A stretch of DNA of 17,483 bases from Chlorokybus atmophyticus (lineage: Eukaryota > Plantae > Mesostigma and Chlorokybus algae). The stretch spans positions 1-17,483 of the forward strand of contig RHPI01002849.1 of assembly GCA_009103225.1 (NCBI GenBank), given 5' to 3'. Below, piece by piece: positions 1-10,933 of the stretch; position 1 is the stretch's first letter; the number at the start of each line of letters is the position of its first letter. The position numbers and the translations under genes were made by a program. A model generated the notes under the pieces. The model saw nothing but the letters and a program-made list of their open reading frames with translations, did not search any database and was not told the origin of the DNA.

Positions 1-1395
1 GCATGAGGCCGTTGGATCAAAGCCCCCAATATCTGGACCGTCCAACCCACATCCCCACAATAATAAGCAGCTCAAATATGCATAAAAATATGCAAAATGA
101 GCACAACAACATGCACAGTGTCACTCACACGCGCATGCACATATACAAGCAGAACACTTGTCACAAAGGACTTGTATTAGAAGGGGTGCAACTTGAGCAA
201 CTGCTTAAAGCACGAAATGAAATGGAAATGAGACTGCCTTTTATGCTATGCCTATCACTGATATAAAAAGGCTAAATGGCTGTTAACTGCATGAAGGAAA
301 TAAAGATAACTAGGAAACGTGGCTATAAAGTAAATGCATTCCAATGCATAAAGGAGCAAATTAGGAAGAAGGTCCATATACTTCCCCGTTAATTGGTGTG
401 CTAGGGGGTAAGACCCGGCGCCTAGCCCCTGAGGGTAAGTCTCCAACGCTTCCAGTGGGGCGCGGCTTGATATAGAGGCTTTAAGGGACCTACATAGGCA
501 GTAGGTCAGATATCTACAGTGTGGGGCCATTACCTCGGTTAGTCCACTAGTTAGGCACTCACAATAGGCACCAAACTACAACAAACTCCACGCGAGGGCT
601 GAATTTGCCTCTATTGTCGGAGGACCTTGTGCCATCTGTGTCCACCCCAACATCGCAGCCACGACTGTTATTGCTCGCTCCATGAGTGCCACCATGATGG
701 CCTGCGCACGCTGCAGAGGGTGCGTAGGCCATGGCACACATGGAGCGATGACACAGCATAGCACACCATGCACAATCATGCAGTGCACTGCAATATACAA
801 CCACAATGGAAAGACTCAGGCACACTACACTACAACAAGCACAACGCAAACAGCAAAAGCTTAGCGGTGGTGCCAGGGAGCACGCGGTGGGACTCAAGGA
901 GGGTTGCGGCAGCAAGTTGGCATTAGGCGGTTACAGCAGTAGTGTTGGCGGCTGCAGCCGTGTAGTTATGTAGGCGTGCTTGCACGCTGCTTGCGTGCGT
1001 GTGAGTATGCTTGTGCAGTGTGATAGGCATGGATGACAGTACGTGGCTTTGTAACGATGTTGATGCTGTACTAGTGATGAGAAGTAGTAGTGCGCTGAGC
1101 CCCTTAGCAACACGGAGAATGGCAAGGTAGGGGCAACCACAGCTCTTCACCTACACAGAAACTCTATGGTGATGTACAAATGATTGGAACATATTGCCAA
1201 ATAAGATGGTACTCATGAGCTTTGGTCACTTGGAAATACAGCACGTGCCCGGCAATGCCACGGCAATACAGCCAAAACCAGTGGAATGACTTCAGGCATA
1301 ATGCACGTTACGCACAAGCAGCTAGTGCAGTATTGGAAACGGGGCTGTGGAAGCATCTTGTGGCATGTATTGTGATGCAGCCAGCAGCAATCGAG

Positions 1396-4300
1396 CTACC
1401 TTGTCCTGCGTTTCGGGTACTTGTTTTGCCGAGACTTGGCTGCTTTGGCTGCTTTGTCCCGGCCTTTATGACTGCCAGACTTGGACCCAGTGTCGCTGCC
1501 ACTGCCATCCACATCATTGCTTGCGTGTTCCGCACTGCTCGCGCGCCGACTTGCTGTGCACTCAAAATCCCATAGCCGGCAAGGCGCATTTCTGCAGCCA
1601 GCAAGGAGTGCCGAGCCATGAACCTAAGAATAACGATGGACATAGGCATATGTAAAGATACTACACCATACGGATCCGCTATGATCAAGGCGTGCATGTC
1701 TGCAATACGGTTTAATGTGGCCCATGCGTGCAGGCCTTACGTGTGTACAAGCAGACACCACACATCGCCTACCTGGAAACAATTGACAGCGGTGTCAGCG
1801 TTGAGGCGCAAAAATGGGCGATGCCAAAGGACGCCATTGGCAGCAGGTGCACTGCGCACATCGTAGCACAACATCTCGCAGCTGCCACCCGAAAACACAA
1901 GCTTCCAATCGTCCAGCTGCACGCCCGCCGCCGCTCCATCATAGCCCGCCTCCATCGCACAGCACAGAACCGGCTGTTGACAGCCATGCCTCAAGTCCCA
2001 AAGCTGGATGCACCCAACCGATGAAGCTGCTAGCAGCCTGCATAGAGAAGACCTATTGCTCAGAACTGTGCCGGTCTGATGCAACATATACTGGCCCAAA
2101 CACAACCACAGCTTCTGGTAAGTGAGTACCTTCCAGAGGGGTCCCAGTTGAGCGCATTGCATAGCACACCACCTGCAAAGATGCACCCACAATTGTATGA
2201 CACGCCTCTTTGCGAATCGTCAACATCAAGTTGACAGAATGCTGTCCTTCTCACACAGCACCTGGTAGCATGTTGATGCAAGTGGCACTACTCGTGTCCC
2301 AAACACTGACTCCGTGCTCGCTGCCGCAATATAGCTGCTGTCGCTGCGTGTCCATGCAGATGGCGTGCAGTGGGCAGCCGACATTAAGCGACACTATCGG
2401 GGCGGACGAAGTCGTGTCCCAAATGTTCAGGTGTCCATCACTCGAGGCGGAGATGGGCGTTTCCGAGTGGAAAAGGCATGCTGTGATGCTGCCGGTGTGC
2501 CCGCGCAGCATGCGCACGCACTTGAGGTCGTCCAGCGACCACCAACGCAGCGTGCCTCCCGCACATCCCGACAGCAGATGAGAGTCGTCATATGCCAAGC
2601 AGGTCACATCTGCCTGGTGCCCCTGCATAAGACATCATGGAATTGCTTTCGATCGTCAAGAGCCTGCTAACAGCAACACATAATATTGCTATCCCAAACT
2701 TCCAAACTGTCGCACGAGGTTGTTTGATGTGGAAGCATGGTTGCCAATAATCTCAAAGCAATCGTCAACAACTCACAGCTTTCAATGACGACAATGTCCA
2801 GAGTTGAGGCAATGTCCCAAGCTGCTGCATGAAACGACTTCACAGGCACTCAAGACATGTCAACACAGCACGTGCACGCATACCTGTAGTATGCCAAGGC
2901 CGCGCTCAGAACCGAGGGACCAAACCCGTAGCAGTTTTCCCTGAGCGCAGTAAACGTTGTTGCCGTCGACTTGCAGGCACGAAGCATTATGACCAAGTTG
3001 GGCGCCCACATCATGCGCAGAGAATGCTCCTCGCTTCCATGGCCAGGCTCTCAACTCGCTGCGCCTGCAAAGGCGCCGACAGGCTGCAGGTGTCATGCCA
3101 GCTGGAGGTTCGGCTCCGAAAAGCCTTTCATGGTGGTTAGACCACAAGCTTGCTGTACCAGTCATTCGGCTGAAGTCTTGGTTCGCTCGAGCCACGGAGC
3201 ACAAGTCCCGCACGGACAGGTGCTCCAGGACCTGCAAATGCGCAAAGACTGCTCAAGACAGAACAAACAGAGCACAGTCAGCACGCAGATCAAACATGCC
3301 ACATCGGGCTTTGGCCATGTAGCATAGCCACATAGCATAGCAATGCGTTAGGCAATGCTCATAATGACGCACACAAGAAACAAGTCAACATGGATGGGCT
3401 CCTAGTATTACGAATATAGAGAATACGCTAGCATGCTCATGTCCTGAAGCAGCATGTTTGCGACTGGTAATGAAGGCTGGAGCCAACCATGCACGGATAA
3501 GCAACATGACATGCACTATAACCACCCATCGACGAAAGCGAGCGTGTACTGCTTACCATATTGTTGTGACTGTTTCATTGTTTGTAACAAGAGCATACCT
3601 GTAGCCACAGAAGGTCTGGCAGAGTCTCTGCGTGGCACGGATATGGCTTTGCTTCTTGTGCAGCTCCATCTGATGTCTCATTGGCCTCCTCGCTTGCAGT
3701 GCGTTCAGCGGGTGGTGTGTTGAGCATGGAGGCTAGGTTGTTTCTCGAGCGTGCGCGCGCTTCCCACAGCATGACACCTGTGTCCGCATTCTTGAAGTAG
3801 CGAATGCGGTGGTAAGGCACATCCGCATCCGGCCGGCTTGCAAACTCCTCAAACGGTGTCTCCTTCACGCTACTGTGAATCCGAGTGCTCCAGGCCGCTG
3901 CACCGCTCTTGCGGTGAAGCTCCGCAGACTCGCTCAACCAACCAATCTGTTTTGTGTTGTTGTTACAGCAAGGCAATGTATGTGTGGCGCTTATGCTGCA
4001 CACCACACTGCCCATGCAGTCTTACATTGAACGCTTACCACAGCACCTTACATGTTGCTATGCAGGCACGATGTTGAACTACACAACTGCCATGCATAGC
4101 CAAGATCTGCTTGGAAAACACTGCTGTGGTTATGAGCCAAACGCAGCTTTCGTATTGCAGTGCGGTGCGTCATAGCTACACATGCAATTGATCCGTGCAA
4201 CCGTGGCACACCAGCAGCGCTCGCGAGCTGCACCTTTGAGCTTCTTCACTGACATGCAAGTGTACATCAAGACTAACAGCGTGGATTCCTCGCAAAGAGC

Positions 4301-4627
4301 ATTGTGCAGCCATCACTGGCGTGTCCAGAGCTGTGAAGCGACCAATCAGCCCCATCCTCAGTGGAGCATGCTTGAACGCACCAAAAAGCGCGAAGAGGCG
4401 AGTTCAGGGTCCCACCGCAGGCGAGCGAACACCTTCTTGGCGCGGGCGGCGAGGGCCAGCATGTCTGGGACCACCTCCTCCGCGGGGAGGAGCGGGCCGC
4501 CCCATGCGGACGGCGACGGGCTCGGCACGGGGCTTGCGCCATCGCAGGCGGTCGTCGTAGACATCCGCCTGGGCCGTGGCGCCGGCACCGCCACGGCCGC
4601 AGAGACACCGCCACCGCCGCCCTCCAT
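1396..4627 (-). CDS. MJ1316(DUF504)-like domain + F-box + WD40-repeat protein, 7 exons, ~612 aa
   Basis: Exons (minus): 4627-4382, 3946-3599, 3231-2884, 2622-2262, 2172-2130, 2037-1773, 1623-1396. All introns are GT-AG with consistent phases; total 1839 nt. MJ1316-like: AKKVFARLRWDPELASSRFL|IGW...VKETPFEEF...DVPYHRIRYFKNADTGVMLWEAR. F-box: LPDLLWLQ|VLEHLSVRDLCSVARANQDFSRMTGTASLW. WD repeats include GHQADVTCLAYDDSHLLSGCAGGTLRWWS and GHTGSITACLFHSETPISASSDGHLNIWD. C-terminus is KYPKRRTR*. The start is uncertain because the frame stays open upstream of ATG 4627. Confidence 0.88.
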
Positions 4628-5560
4628 GGCGGAGCAGCCAAGTACCTGTCCAGGTAAATGCTTAGCTAGAACGCTGCTAACATGAGGCGTTTGTGGCAGC
4701 GCTCTGCTGGAGCCAAGAGACGAGCTGTGGGTGGCTCTGTCTGCTGCCGTTTGTTTCGTACAGCATCCGTTCCTGCCAAGGACTGCCTGGTGTAAGAATC
4801 TGTAAGGAATCGTCGGTAGGTGAGGAATCCTCTCAAACGAGGCACGGAATCGGCCCTCCTGCATAAAACGTGTAAGGATAAACCTGATAGACAAGAGCGC
4901 AACAGGCAAGTGTACTAAAGGTGTACATCAAATGCAAGACATGCATGCGCATGCACAACGTGTAGTCAAGTCAGCACGCAGCAACACATGCAAGGTACAT
5001 CAAACGAAATTCAGTTGACCACCGGGCTACTACTAGCACGCTAATCTACCGCCTCTACCCCGTTAGACATGCAGCAGTCAACATGCAGTTGGTAATCACC
5101 TGCCCACATGGGTGTTGTATTGCACTGTTATGGACATGCATGTATCTAATAAGCTGCATAGCGGTATAGCGGATGGGGCCATGCACATACATATAGGGGT
5201 GTGTGGATTTATAAGCGTGGTGCCTGCTATCTGCTGGTGCTGAGTGCATGCATGGCCTGCTACTTACTGCACGTTGTGTTGCGTGCCAAGCATTGCATAT
5301 CTGTGCATGAAGTGCTGATTGACTTATACGCTATATACAAGTTGCACATGTTGTAAAACGCTTGTCGATGGCTCATACATTATATGGCATGCAACAGCCC
5401 CGTAGCGCCGACGCTGTAGTCAACCACAGAGGGGTAGGCAGGCCACTCTTTACTGCACTGACCAAAAGTCTTCCAGTGGCTCACACTATGAACAGACATG
5501 CGTAGATACCGATGACATGGCAAGCAACTATGAAACACAACAAGCATAAATTCACAAACC

Positions 5561-5606
5561 ATAAGCACAAGCATAAGCATAAGCACGTAAGCATAAGCAT
5601 AACATA
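5561..5606. repeat. Imperfect (ATAAGC)n hexamer microsatellite
   Basis: ATAAGC ACAAGC ATAAGC ATAAGC ACGTAAGC ATAAGC ATAAC read directly. Confidence 0.85.
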
Positions 5607-5741
5607 ATGTAGATACAACTTCACACAAGCAATCAGCAAGCTAGCAGCAACATGGGTGGGGGCCCCACTAAGCTGGGCTAAGTGCACTAGACTAGACCAC
5701 AAAGCGAGCAAGGGAGCAGGTGTAGGGTTGAGAGCCTCTGT

Positions 5742-5769
5742 CTTTGTCTTGGGGAGGGGCAAGACAAAG
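5742..5769. repeat. Perfect 10-bp inverted repeat (hairpin) with an 8-nt purine loop
   Basis: CTTTGTCTTG-GGGAGGGG-CAAGACAAAG; the two arms are exact reverse complements. Confidence 0.8.
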
Positions 5770-5924
5770 GCTGCATGTATGCGTCGCACAGGCTATACCA
5801 ATTCAACATTCGAAAAGGCTAATGCACATCTGTGTCCATCTTGTAAGCTGTATGCCGGTTGTCGGTGACTGGTAGATGGAGTTGGAGGTGAAATCACAGC
5901 CAGTAACACCTTCCTACTTTGTTC

Positions 5925-6110
5925 TACGCTATACGTTGTGACAACCTGTATTGAAGTAGCAACGCACCATCACCTCCACATTGCCCACATTGCCCTTGTG
6001 CATGACAATACTCTACAGCACCTGCAGTAAAGGATACATCAGCTGACGGAGTGCAATATCTCATGGCTGGTTTTTGCAAAACTGAACTTGCGACAGCGCA
6101 GGATATCAAA
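5925..6110 (+). mobile_element. Possible degenerate non-LTR retrotransposon relic (zinc-knuckle region downstream of RT)
   Basis: Across stops and a frameshift: IRCDNLY*SSNAPSPPHCPHCP / HDNTLQHLQ*RIHQLTECNISWLVFAK. This loosely resembles the CPxC...H...C...ERHN arrangement of algal LINE ORF2 tails. Resemblance from memory only. Confidence 0.22.
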
Positions 6111-6364
6111 TGCGTATCAGCGTTTGTATACCAACAGAGTCCTGCCAACTGCAATACAGCAACACAACTATCTAAATGGCGACAGCTCACCCTTGCGTTT
6201 GTCACACAGTGGGCAGAGCTGTATGGCGTGACTTGTGCATCATGGTCAACAGGAGCTGCACGGGACATCCGTGTGCAAGATCTGACGGGCAGATGCAACA
6301 GCCACAACACTGCATGGACTATTGTATGCAGGTTCACCCTCACCCTTCCAGCAAGCAAACCATT

Positions 6365-9300
6365 TCATGCGAGCGTTTGCTTCTTGCCTTTTCCCTTTGC
6401 GTCAATCTGCGCACAATTGAGCGTTTTGGCAATCCTCAATCTGTGACGGTATTGTTAGCAACAACGACAACTGCCACAACTCAACAACAGCCAACCGATC
6501 GCAAAATGCAAATATGTACCCAAACCCTCGGTTACATACTTTATCAGCTGTGCCCTTGCGGCCTGTAACGAATTCATCGTAAATGGCATCAAGCCGCGCG
6601 CGCTCCCCTGCGGTAACAGAAGGGCGCAAAGCAGTAGCAGCGGAGCGAAGGTGTGCCATGGTCAGCAACACATTCTCGGCGCCAGCATCAGGGTCATCCG
6701 GATGCTGTTCAAGATAATCGTGCACAGCGCCAAGTTGCGCATCACTCAACAACGCTTGCAGGTCCGCACCACTGAAGCCGTCCGCGCGCCTGGCGATGTC
6801 CTTCCAGCTGACCTCTTCAGCAACGCGCAGCTTGCGCCCGAGAGATGCAAGTATTTGTTCCCGTTCAAGCACGGAGGGAAACCCGCAGAACACAAGCCGG
6901 TCTAGACGTCCGGGGCGCAGCAATGCAGCATCTATCAAATCTGGCCGGCTGCAAAACGCAAAAACCGGTCACAAGACGGAGACATAACAAACATCGAGCT
7001 CTAGTAGACCAGTACAACATGCCAGAGGCCATTGCCAATGCATTGAGAATAGGCGACACCAATGGAAATGCAACTACGTTGCATGGACCGGACTGGTGTT
7101 GTACCTGGTAGCTGCAAGCACAAAGACGTTCTCAAGCTTTTCAACACCATCAAGTTCCGTCAAGAGCTGGTTGACCACACGATCAGTAACCCCAGTATTG
7201 TCATGCCCACGCTTGGGGGCAATTGCATCAAACTCATCGAAAAACAGTATGCATGGCGCCGCTGCTGCCGCTCGCTTGAAGGTATCTCGCACTGCCTGTT
7301 CGCTAGCGCCTATGTATTTGTTGAGCAGCTCCGGTCCCTGTGGAAGGAAAACAAAGCCTGTGTACACACTGCGCAACCATCCTATTTATCGCTGTAACCT
7401 ACATGCATACCTTCACGCCAATAAAGCGCAGGCTGCAAGCTGCCGCAGCAACCCCAACGATATGAGTCTTTCCACAACCCGGCGGTCCAAACAGCAAGAT
7501 GCCAGATCGCAGGCGCAATGGAGCCATTGCAAAAAGCGACGCATGTCGAGACGGTAACTCTAGTGTCTCTTGCAGTACTTGGCGGACATCCTGCAAACCT
7601 CCAACATCTTCCCAAGTCAAGTGCTGTTCGCTAGCGGCTTGCACGCTGCCAGCAGCTTGCAAAGACCCGGGCACGAGCCCTTTGCTGGCAACGGTGAAGT
7701 CCTCGTCCAGCACTTCCAACTTGGGTATCACACGTTGCTTGCTGGATGGTACTAAGTGGAGGTGCAGCGCTTGAGCTGCACGGGACAGATAGCGTGTTGA
7801 GGCTGAGTGGACAGCGCGCTCCAATAGCAATGCCTGCACATGCACTGATGAGTATAAAACCAATTGAAGCAACAAACGTTGAATGATAGTGCATTGGCTC
7901 ACCATGTCAGCAGCATCATATGCGTCTGCGCGAGCGCTAGCAGCTGCAATGACTTGAGTGCTGCATGCCACTCCTCTTGCCGCGACAGCTGCAGCAAGGA
8001 TTGATGTACGATCCCCACTGGTGGGAGGTGGCAGCTCCACCTCGAAGTCAAGTCTACCTTCCATGACAAGCAGTGCACAAGTCAACAAGCTGGGTGAGTT
8101 GTATAGCCAATGTACCCCGCACCCAACACAGACTGTTCAGACGCATTCTCGGCTGTGGGCTTATGTCATAAAGTTTTAGGTCAACAGCTTGCAGATGTGC
8201 AAAGCTTACCTGCCACACGCAATGACTGTGCCAGGGCATCAGGTGCGCGACTGGTGGCCAAGTAAACTATGGGGCACGCGTCCAACATTGAACGCTGACA
8301 GTTATCCATCAGTTCGCATAGATACCCAGACAAAGCTGCATTGCTTTCTGAGGCCGCACCACCTTCGCTTGCAGGCAGGATGGCGTCCAAATCATCAAGA
8401 ATAACAACGGAAGGAGCGTAATCAACGGCTTCTTGCACTATCCTTTTTAACGATTCTTCCAGCTTCTCCGGTTGCTCGCCGACAAGTTCATTGCAGCGCA
8501 ACACCACACTGCACAACCATTGCTCAGCATGTTTCTATTGGCTAGGATTCCAACAACTGCATGTCGAGCATGAGTACCGTGACAATCACTATACCTGTGG
8601 CATAAACTCTGCTGGTTGCGCTGGAAGTGCCTTGCAAGTGCTGCTGCCACAGCTGATTTGCCACAACCTTGGGGTCCATGCAACAGCAGGCCCCCGGAGG
8701 CTGGAGTTTGCAGCCTGCACAGCTGAGCTTGACCTCCTCGCGTCAGAGCTGGAATCAATCCTGCATCACATGTAACACACTCAGAGCTGCAATAATGAAG
8801 CAAAGACACTGGCCACTGTACTGTGCTTCTCACGTGTCAACGCAGTTCTGATGGGTGTTGAAAACCATTGCAGTTGTTCAAGCTCCTGGCCCTCAATCAC
8901 ATTCTCGCTGAGCTTTGGGCAGGACAGCGGTGCTCCTAGGCTGACACTCAACTTACGATTGGTTGAGGATTGTTGTTGCAGGTCGTGCAGCAAAGCACGA
9001 TCAATGACATAGTATACTAGCAGACCTGTGAGTCACAGCCAAAGTCATGACCCATTACGAGATGCACAAGTAGAGCCAAGGTACAATTGTCGCTGATGAA
9101 AGCAATATAAGTACCAGTTTCCGAGTCTGTACTCGTACTGTCCTCTTGAATGGACTTCACGACGTCAAAGCGAAACAATGCCGACCTGACGTTCTCTATT
9201 TCATCTTCTCCTGTCGCCGCCAGTTTGATGAAACTGCCGCAGGCCAGAGGAACGCCATTGCAATGGTCGGAATAGCCTTGATGGCCGTCCAACCAAGCGG

Positions 9301-10933
9301 CTAACAATTGAACTACATACGTTGTCTCAGAGGAACTGGCAGCAGCCTGAAGCTCATGATGAAGGCTGTGCACAGCGCAGTCTTTGTCTGCTTGGAGATT
9401 GACGGGTAGTACACTGAGTGGCGGCAGCACACTTGGACCGTGAGTGCATTTTGTTACTTGCACACCTGCAACAATTATGGTGAATAACACGGCTCAAGTT
9501 AGACAAAAGTTAAAAGGTACACCAAGGCAAACCGTGCACTCACGTGAGAAGACCCTCGCAAAAAGCTGCTGCCGCAATGCGCTTGAGAGCATCACATGAT
9601 CTGGCGCTACATCGGGGCGAGATGCTAGACGCACTGGAAAACAAGGTTGAACACTGCCCGCCTGCGCATCACCCTTGCCATCTTGTTCACGTAGGGTTTT
9701 GTCCTCCAACACTTGCTTTTTCTTGGCCCGTGATAATGGCCTCAGCAGAAGCAAGTCACCATCAGCATACCCACAGCGCGATGCAGTGTCCGTTGACACA
9801 AAGACGACTGCAGATGGCGACAACCAGCAGCTGATGTTGGCAAAGGCGACGGGGGTGAGGTGCTCAGAGCTAAGAACTTGGACTCGCCAGATATGGCGCT
9901 TCACACGGTCTGGTGTACGCTTCGGCACTTTAACGCGCGGTGCTGAGGGAAGTTCACGCAGCTTTGGGGCCACAAACAACTCTGTGCCAGCAGTAAGCCG
10001 AACCTGTTGTTAGCGACGACGCACGCTCAGCACAATCACATAAACCCATTGCACTCGTTTGGAACAATGAAGCAACATTCCGCTGCTCATCATGTTAGTG
10101 GTGCATATGCATGCTTGCATGGGAGGTTCAACAGCAGCAAGCGGCCTGCTCACCAATCTGCTTGGTGATGTTGATACTGCTCGCAAGTAAAGCACGGCTT
10201 GATTGCGAATCCAAGCAGGGAACTCTTGACCTTCTCTAAGAACACCCACCTGAGCAATGCATGCAATGAGCAACAGTTGGCGACATGAATTCCTCATGCA
10301 AGCTTGGTGCATGCGTTGCATGCTGCTAGTGCTAGAGCGATCGCAGCGACAGCAAAGCCACTTGTTAGTCACCTGGATGAGCAACTGCTCTTCTAGATAA
10401 GCTGCATTAACCTCCAAGATCTCCCAGTCATCAGACGAAGCAGGTTCGACTCCAACGCTGGTGGCGGCAGGAACGTCTGCACGTAGCTTCACGCGCACTG
10501 GGCAACTGTCCTCAAGTCCTATGCATGACGCAAGTGCAGCTGGCACCTGCAATTTGCCATGTGCAACAGCTGAATTGTGCTTGATGCAGGCAAACACAAA
10601 CATTCAAACATCACAGCATGAAGACAGAACAGGACGGGCAGCAGCATTGGGCGGAAAGGTCAGTTGAACACCCAAGCACGCGTTAGTGATTATAACAACC
10701 AGCTGAAATGGCACCTCAAGGTGTTGTCCTGAAGATGAAGCGCCAGCCCATGCAACGTCCCATGTTCTCGGACCAGATTCTGATATTTGTGCGTTGCGAG
10801 AGCGGGACAGGCTGAGCTGCAGGACCACAGGCAGCTGCGGACCGCTGCCGTCATGCAGCAGAGCGCTTATGACCCCCGCCGGCAGCGCCACGAAGCAGCT
10901 AGCCTCCCGCACCAGCTGCACCACGAGCTCCAT
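6365..10933 (-). CDS. PEX1: Peroxisome biogenesis AAA+ ATPase PEX1, 13 exons, ~1069 aa
   Basis: Exons (minus): 10933-10715, 10546-10373, 10249-10154, 10003-9544, 9465-9115, 9016-8834, 8760-8595, 8508-8210, 8057-7903, 7833-7411, 7337-7105, 6948-6540, 6406-6365 (3210 nt). PEX1 N-domain motifs: [49 protein letters not shown]1: GPQGCGKS and VILDDLD. D2: [81 protein letters not shown]. Plant-type C-terminus [10 protein letters not shown]. Mid-gene exon boundaries (8760-9465) are less certain. Confidence 0.95.

Noticed and set aside
559-1150. Minus-strand ORFs 559-915, 576-806 and 923-1150 as a secreted-protein gene
   Set aside because: No recognisable domain and no consistent exon chain; CA/TG-rich low complexity explains the ORFs. 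Could be 3' UTR or intergenic.
1308-1697. ORF HALIIADPYGVVSL as the final WD exon
   Set aside because: Its phase does not match the donor at 1772. The acceptor at 1624 gives a better WD repeat (VHGSALLAGCRNAPCRLWDF) and a clean stop at 1396.
2878-3946. Two consecutive exons of exactly 348 nt, both ending CTACAG|GTATGC
   Set aside because: No internal similarity between the exons (MJ1316/linker versus F-box/WD), and most of the shared 12-mer is splice consensus; probably coincidence.
5380-5500. Possible snoRNA or other ncRNA in the intergenic region
   Set aside because: No convincing C/D or H/ACA boxes or recognisable RNA family by eye; would need an Rfam scan.
7834-7902. Stop-free in-frame introns (also 10250-10372 and 16350-16430) read as protein insertions
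   Set aside because: They have good GT/AG signals, and removal restores family-colinear sequence; short 3n stop-free introns are expected by chance.
8378-8720. PEX1 D1 Walker B lacking Glu (LDDLD) as a sign of pseudogenisation
   Set aside because: A degenerate D1 ring is normal for PEX1; D2 motifs are intact and the frame is complete.
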